Positions 59,736 to 64,000 of a stretch of DNA of 64,000 nucleotides are shown here, piece by piece. The position numbers and the translations under genes are program-made. Origin of the DNA: an uncultured Acidimicrobiia bacterium (GTDB taxonomy: Bacteria > Acidobacteriota > Terriglobia > Versatilivoradales > Versatilivoraceae); assembly GCA_963786955.1 (NCBI GenBank), contig CAWBAT010000004.1, forward strand, positions 840,678-904,677. Reading direction: 5' to 3'. Every line of letters starts with the position of its first letter. Within the stretch, counting starts at the first letter, position 1. The notes beneath the pieces were generated by a model. The model had not been told where the DNA came from, did no database searches, and saw nothing but the letters and a program-made list of their open reading frames with translations.

Positions 59736-60230
59736 TCAGAGACCTTCCCAAGAAACGCTATTGGAAATAGCTGTGACTTTTTCAATTTGCTGAATTCTGA
59801 ACTCATATCGAAAACTACTTAAGTGCCCATATTCTCCCGGCCCAACTAACCGCCCAACAAAGACCGCCTTGACGCGTGATGTTGTCTGTATTTCGGTGGT
59901 TTTGGATCGCATTTGGGGGCCGAGTTTTTTCCATTGGAGGGTAAATGCCCGAAGACATTTTCCATCATTTTCATCGCAATCTGCGGCGTTATGAATTTTG
60001 TGGGCTTCGTCAACGCAATTCTCTCCATATAGAAATGAAGATTCCCACCACACAATGTAGCTGGCCTCGGTGCGAATAATTTTATTGATATATTTTTCTG
60101 GATTTGATGTTAGTTCACAAAACTCTACGGTTTGAATCTCTGCCTGTTTTTGAAGTTTAGTCTGCCCATATGAAACAATTGTTCCCATGAGCAAGGCCGA
60201 TAAAATCACAAACATATTTTGTATTTTCAT
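59736..60230 (-). CDS. Hypothetical secreted protein, AT-rich (cassette)
   Basis: Signal peptide MKIQNMF...SYG; TVEFCEL, GEYGHL; lies between attC sites. Confidence 0.7.
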   Translation of the reverse strand: MKIQNMFVILSALLMGTIVSYGQTKLQKQAEIQTVEFCELTSNPEKYINKIIRTEASYIVWWESSFLYGENCVDEAHKIHNAADCDENDGKCLRAFTLQWKKLGPQMRSKTTEIQTTSRVKAVFVGRLVGPGEYGHLSSFRYEFRIQQIEKVTAISNSVSWEGL

Positions 60231-60265
60231 TCTTTTGCAAAGCTCCGCACTACCATCAGAAAAGA

Positions 60266-60365
60266 ATCTAACGGCTTCACGATCAGCCACAAACGGCGGG
60301 AGCATCTGCGGCAATCAAAGCCGGACCAACGCGCGCCGTTTATCGGCTGCACCGTGGTGTTATGC
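60266..60365 (-). other. attC site
   Basis: ATCTAAC..CACGATCAGCCACAAACGGCG / CGCCGTTTATCGGCTGCACCGTG..GTTATGC. Confidence 0.85.
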
Positions 60366-60383
60366 GGTACATTTGACGAGCAC

Positions 60384-60799
60384 TTACGCCCCGCGAAGGA
60401 CACTGGACCTCTGCTTCAACCGCTCCAGCCGACCTTTGCGACCGATCAGGTTCTTGTAGTCCCACTGGACGTCTCGCGCCTTGGCCAACCAGCGCTGCAG
60501 CTTCTTTGCGTCAATCTGGTTGGCAGCGGTGTACCGCACTTCAGCGGCTTTGAAGCTCCCTTCCTTTTTCAGACCTTCCTCTTCAAAGGACTGACCGCTC
60601 CAGAAGAGCAAACGTACGCAGTTCTTCAGCTTACTATATCCGACGATGGGGTTGCCATCGAGAAACCATACAGGATGGGCGTGCCATATCTTGTTGTCCG
60701 CCTCAGGCAGATTGCGGTCGATCTGCTCTGCCAGCAGTTGGCAGATTGCCCGATCGATGGGTGCTGGGCACCATTATATTTTTTCGTGTCCGAGTGCAT
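60384..60799 (-). CDS. DUF1801 (YdhG-like) protein (cassette; frameshift near 60760)
   Basis: ATG at 60799 with an AGGAG RBS; KIWHAHPVWFLDGNPIVGYSKLK..LLFWSGQSFEE..QWDYKN. Confidence 0.8.
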
Positions 60800-60856
60800 T
60801 GCGATCTCCTCATTCTCGCGTCACCGGCAGCTGCTCCTCGTGGATAGTTGCTCAGA

Positions 60857-60923
60857 GCCGCATTGCGTGGGCATCAGCCGCCGCGAGCGCCAGCGAAGCG
60901 GTCGGCTGCATGCCGTGTTGGGC
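60857..60923 (-). other. attC site with mutated R' core
   Basis: The arms GGCATCAGCCGCCGC / GCGGTCGGCTGCATGCC pair well and GTTGGGC is present, but the other end is GCCGCAT rather than GCCNAAC. Confidence 0.7.
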
Positions 60924-60951
60924 GGCTATTAATCCAGCTGTTTTCGTTTAC

Positions 60952-61055
60952 GCTGAACATCTTTTTTTTGCTGGAGACAATGCCGAGAAAATGCTTGAAT
61001 ACGCCGCACGCCGCGAAGCAGCAGTCCCTAGCGTCCATTGCGCACTTTGTTGGGC
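60952..61055 (-). other. Degenerate attC-like site
   Basis: GCTGAAC and GTTGGGC ends with weak arm pairing. Confidence 0.4.
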
Positions 61056-61165
61056 GGTGGTGTTTTGGATGAGTCGCCGATATATGCACTGCCCGCAAAT
61101 TCTAGATTGAATCCAATTGATCTTCTTGTGCTCAAGAGCTCAATTTCATGAAGCTTCACAACACC

Positions 61166-61531
61166 TTACGAGCCACGCAAAATCTTCTCCATCTTCCTGC
61201 CCTTCGCCAACTCATCCACCAACTTATCCAAATACCTAACCTGCTGCGTCAATGGATCCTCGATTTCCTCCACACGATACCCACAGATTACTCCGGTGAT
61301 GAGGTGCGCATTCGGGTTTAGGGAAGCATGTTGGAAGAATGTTTCAAAAGTTGCTTTTTCCTTTATTAGTTCTTGAAGCTTCCTATCGTCGAAGTCTGTT
61401 AACCACTCTATGACCTGATGCAATTCTTCTTTGGTTCTGCCTTTCTTCTCCACTTTTGCGAGATACATCGGATAGACTGAGGCGAAGGTCATTTTTGCGA
61501 TACGTTGATTGTGTGTGTTGGGATTTTTCAT
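61166..61531 (-). CDS. DUF2200 family protein (cassette)
   Basis: FASVYPMYLAKVEKKGRT, ITGVICGYRVEEIEDP, RYLDKLVDELAKG. Confidence 0.88.
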   Translation of the reverse strand: MKNPNTHNQRIAKMTFASVYPMYLAKVEKKGRTKEELHQVIEWLTDFDDRKLQELIKEKATFETFFQHASLNPNAHLITGVICGYRVEEIEDPLTQQVRYLDKLVDELAKGRKMEKILRGS

Positions 61532-61660
61532 ATATGCCTTGTATTTTAACGTTAATCTTTCAAATTACTTCAACTTGGACAGTTCGCTGACGACTTTCTA
61601 ATCTGTCGGTATTTGCGTAAGTGACTACCAACAGGTTGGAATTGCTTTTATTCTTGAGCT

Positions 61661-61728
61661 GCCCAACGGTTGTGTTCAGCCGCAAGCGAAGCGCAGCGGA
61701 GCGTTTCCGCTGCAACAAATTGTTTGGC
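61661..61728 (-). other. attC site
   Basis: GCCCAAC..TGTTCAGC..GCGAAGCGCAGCGGAGC..GCTGCAACA..GTTTGGC. Confidence 0.8.
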
Positions 61729-61817
61729 GGCAGACATCAGTATTCACCAGGCACTCCTATGCTGACCGCGCAGTGTCGTGATATAAAGGAATGACTTCAC
61801 GGTTACCGCGTGCAGGC

Positions 61818-62984
61818 TCATAAGCCGGCAAAGAACGCCACGATATCGCGGGCCAGCAACTCGGGCTCCTCGGCTGGGGCGAAGTGGCCGCCGCTTGGCA
61901 TCGAGGTCCACCGGACGACATTGTATAGACGCTCGGCCCACTCACGGGGAGGTGTTCCCTCATCGACAAACGAATTGGCGAAGACAGCGATGCCAGTTGG
62001 CACTTTGACGAACTCCTGTGGTCCAAGCGTGACTCGGAACCGCCTGTTGTCGTTGTCGAAGTAGTCCCGCATCGAGGATGTGATCGTCTGCGTGACCCAA
62101 TAGAGCGTTACCGTGGTCAACAAGAGATCGCGGGAGAAGCGCTGATCGAGATTACCGCGGGAATCGGCCCAGGAGCGCCACTTTTCCAGAATCCAGGCGG
62201 CGAGCCCAGCCGGCGAGTCGTTAAGCCCGTATCCGAGCGTCTGGGGCTTCGTCGATTGGATTGCCTTGTAACCGTACTCCTCCTGCCAAAATGCCGCATT
62301 GCACTCACGATAGGTTGTCTCCGCTGCGGACAGCGGCCGCGCCCCTGGTCCAGTGTAAGGGGCTATCTCCAGATTACTCAAGTGGAGGCCAATCACTGGC
62401 TCGGGCTCGGTCAATGCCATGAACGTCGCAACCCCGGCCCCGAAATCTCCGCCTTGAGCCCCGTAGCGCTCGTAGCCCAGGCCACGCATGAGGCGATGCC
62501 ACAGACCGGCGACATGCTGATAGTTCACGCCCACCTGAGCAGGCCGATCGGAAAACCCGTAACCCGGTAGTGAAGGGATAACAACGTCAAACGCCGGACC
62601 CTCCAAGCCGTGGGCGTCTGGATCGGTCAGGAACGGTACGAGCGGAAGCAGCTCGGCGAACGTGCTAGGCCAGCCATGGGTCAGGATCAGCGGAATGCCG
62701 TGCCCGCGTCTGGCCCGCTCATGGACGAAGTGGATATGGACGCCGTCGAGCTTGGCGCGGAACTGATTGGCCGCGTTCAGCTCGCGTTCTTGTGCGTACC
62801 AATCGAACTCGTCGGCCCAATACGCAAGCAGCTGTTTAAGGTACTGGAGGTCAGTCCCCTGCTCCCAGGCCGTGCCTGGTGCCTGATCAGGCCAGCGCGT
62901 GCGGCGGATTCGATCTCGGAGGTCAGACAGGATCTCCGCCTCGATCCGGATCGAGAACGGGGTGATGTGTAGGGGTGAGTTCAT
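61818..62984 (-). CDS. Epoxide hydrolase (EHN plus alpha/beta hydrolase) (cassette)
   Basis: HGWP, PSLPGYGFS, QGGDFG, DSPAGLAAW, GGHF. Confidence 0.93.
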   Translation of the reverse strand: MNSPLHITPFSIRIEAEILSDLRDRIRRTRWPDQAPGTAWEQGTDLQYLKQLLAYWADEFDWYAQERELNAANQFRAKLDGVHIHFVHERARRGHGIPLILTHGWPSTFAELLPLVPFLTDPDAHGLEGPAFDVVIPSLPGYGFSDRPAQVGVNYQHVAGLWHRLMRGLGYERYGAQGGDFGAGVATFMALTEPEPVIGLHLSNLEIAPYTGPGARPLSAAETTYRECNAAFWQEEYGYKAIQSTKPQTLGYGLNDSPAGLAAWILEKWRSWADSRGNLDQRFSRDLLLTTVTLYWVTQTITSSMRDYFDNDNRRFRVTLGPQEFVKVPTGIAVFANSFVDEGTPPREWAERLYNVVRWTSMPSGGHFAPAEEPELLARDIVAFFAGL

Positions 62985-63017
62985 TGTAGGTCTTGCCCTC
63001 TAGGGTTCTTACCTGCC

Positions 63018-63108
63018 GCCGAACGACGGCGGTAACCGGGCCGCCGCCAAGAAACCATGAATTCAAAATCCGCGCGATCGGTGGCTCCGGTTGACCGCTT
63101 TGTTCGCA
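63018..63108 (-). other. attC site
   Basis: GCCGAAC..GCGGTAACCGGGCCGCCG / CGGTGGCTCCGGTTGACCGC..GTTCGCA; similar to 56951-57042. Confidence 0.85.
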
Positions 63109-63119
63109 GTCGCGGTCCT

Positions 63120-63237
63120 GCCGAACGACGTTGTCACAGGCCTTCTGAAGCGGGTCCAGGACGGTACAGACCCAGGTGTCCGCACTAAGGTCGAGTGCAC
63201 AGACAATGGTGAAATGCTCTAGCGACGCGCGTTCGAC
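63120..63237 (-). other. Second, tandem attC-like site
   Basis: GCCGAAC..GTCACAG / CTAGCGAC..GTTCGAC with one extrahelical base. Confidence 0.55.
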
Positions 63238-63245
63238 TGACGGAT

Positions 63246-64000
63246 TCACTTCATCTTGACAACGACCTTTCCCTTGGCCCGACCAGTTTCGAGATAGGCG
63301 AGCGCTTCCTTCGCCTGATCGAACGGAAATGTCTTGTCGATCACGGGCCGAATGGTCCCCGCCTTGAGAAGCTCACCGATCTCGGCGAGTTGACTACCGT
63401 CTGGATGCCCGAACAGGAATGAATATTCTGCGCCGCGTTTCTTGGCGTGGCGAATCATCTTACGGCTCAGCAGCCCGAGTACGAGCACCATGAAAAAGTT
63501 CATCCTTCGCGCGCGCCCGAACGCAGCGTCCGGTGGCCCGATAAGCGAGACGACGGTGCTCTTTGGATTCAGAATCCGAAGGGATTTCTCGAGCGAATCG
63601 CCCCTGACGGTGCCCAAAACGGCATCGTAGTCCCGCAGCACATCTTCAAATTGCTGCTTTTTGTAATCAATCACCTCATCAGATCCAAGGCTCCGTACAA
63701 GATCCACGTTACCCGTGCTAGTGGTCGTGCCCACCTTTGCTCCAAGGTATTTCGCGAGCTGGATCGCGAACGTGCCAATGCCGCCGGAGCCTGCGGGGAT
63801 AAACACCTTTTGGCCGGGCTTGAGGTGTGCACGCTCTTTGAGCGCTTGCCACGACGTCAGTCCGACCATCGGGATCGAGGCCGCTTGCACGAAGTCCAGA
63901 TTTGACGGCTTGAGCGCGGCGGCGTTCTCGGGCACGAGCGCAAATTCAGCAAGAGCGCCCGTGCGCAGCTCGAAGATACTGGCGAAGACGGCATCGCCCG
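63246..64000 (-). CDS. NADP-dependent oxidoreductase (MDR/quinone reductase family), 5' end outside the window
   Basis: GALAEF, AASIPMVGLTSWQAL, AGSGGIGTFAIQLAK, GRAKGKVV. Confidence 0.9.
   Translation of the reverse strand, partial: GDAVFASIFELRTGALAEFALVPENAAALKPSNLDFVQAASIPMVGLTSWQALKERAHLKPGQKVFIPAGSGGIGTFAIQLAKYLGAKVGTTTSTGNVDLVRSLGSDEVIDYKKQQFEDVLRDYDAVLGTVRGDSLEKSLRILNPKSTVVSLIGPPDAAFGRARRMNFFMVLVLGLLSRKMIRHAKKRGAEYSFLFGHPDGSQLAEIGELLKAGTIRPVIDKTFPFDQAKEALAYLETGRAKGKVVVKMK

Larger units (their letters stand above)
55858..64000 (-). mobile_element. Integron gene cassette array (integrase not in window)
   Basis: Ten short co-oriented unrelated ORFs of mixed GC content separated by RYYYAAC...GTTRRRY imperfect palindromes. 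Confidence 0.88.

Noticed and set aside
55858-64000. CRISPR array
   Set aside because: The palindromes are non-identical and separated by whole genes, and there are no cas genes. They fit attC sites.

Overview
This is a bacterial chromosome segment. The gene families (wHTH-TolB-TPR regulators, a kinase-propeller protein, a large IPT/TIG protein) suggest Acidobacteriota, but that is inference. More than a dozen genes carry single-base frameshifts, mostly in the first 33 kb, which looks like uncorrected sequencing indels rather than real decay. The window has four blocks. (1) 2-31 kb is a respiratory island. It holds an O2-tolerant-type membrane-bound [NiFe] uptake hydrogenase with hypA/B/F and a sigma54 promoter/activator. 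It also holds a clade II nitrous oxide reductase cluster (nosZ-B-D-F-L-Y), preceded in one apparent operon by a GltD/DsrL-like NAD(P)H flavoprotein, a Rieske protein, an APWY-type cytochrome b and a pentaheme cytochrome c. A group 3b NAD(P)-coupled hydrogenase is transcribed divergently from that operon. (2) 31-45 kb separates the group 3b large subunit from its likely protease gene. It contains three paralogous transmembrane wHTH-TPR regulators with unrelated TPR regions and 11-bp-period operator-like repeats, secreted proteins, a truncated group II intron, and a Ser/Thr kinase with a REP doublet in frame in its activation loop. (3) 45-56 kb holds pcm, fhs, hemerythrin, HhH, CBS and secreted proteins. 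(4) 56-64 kb is an integron-type gene cassette array with about 9-11 heterogeneous attC sites and no integrase in the window. The best candidate for a new system is the flavoprotein-Rieske/cytochrome b-multiheme c-NosZ module placed between two hydrogenases.
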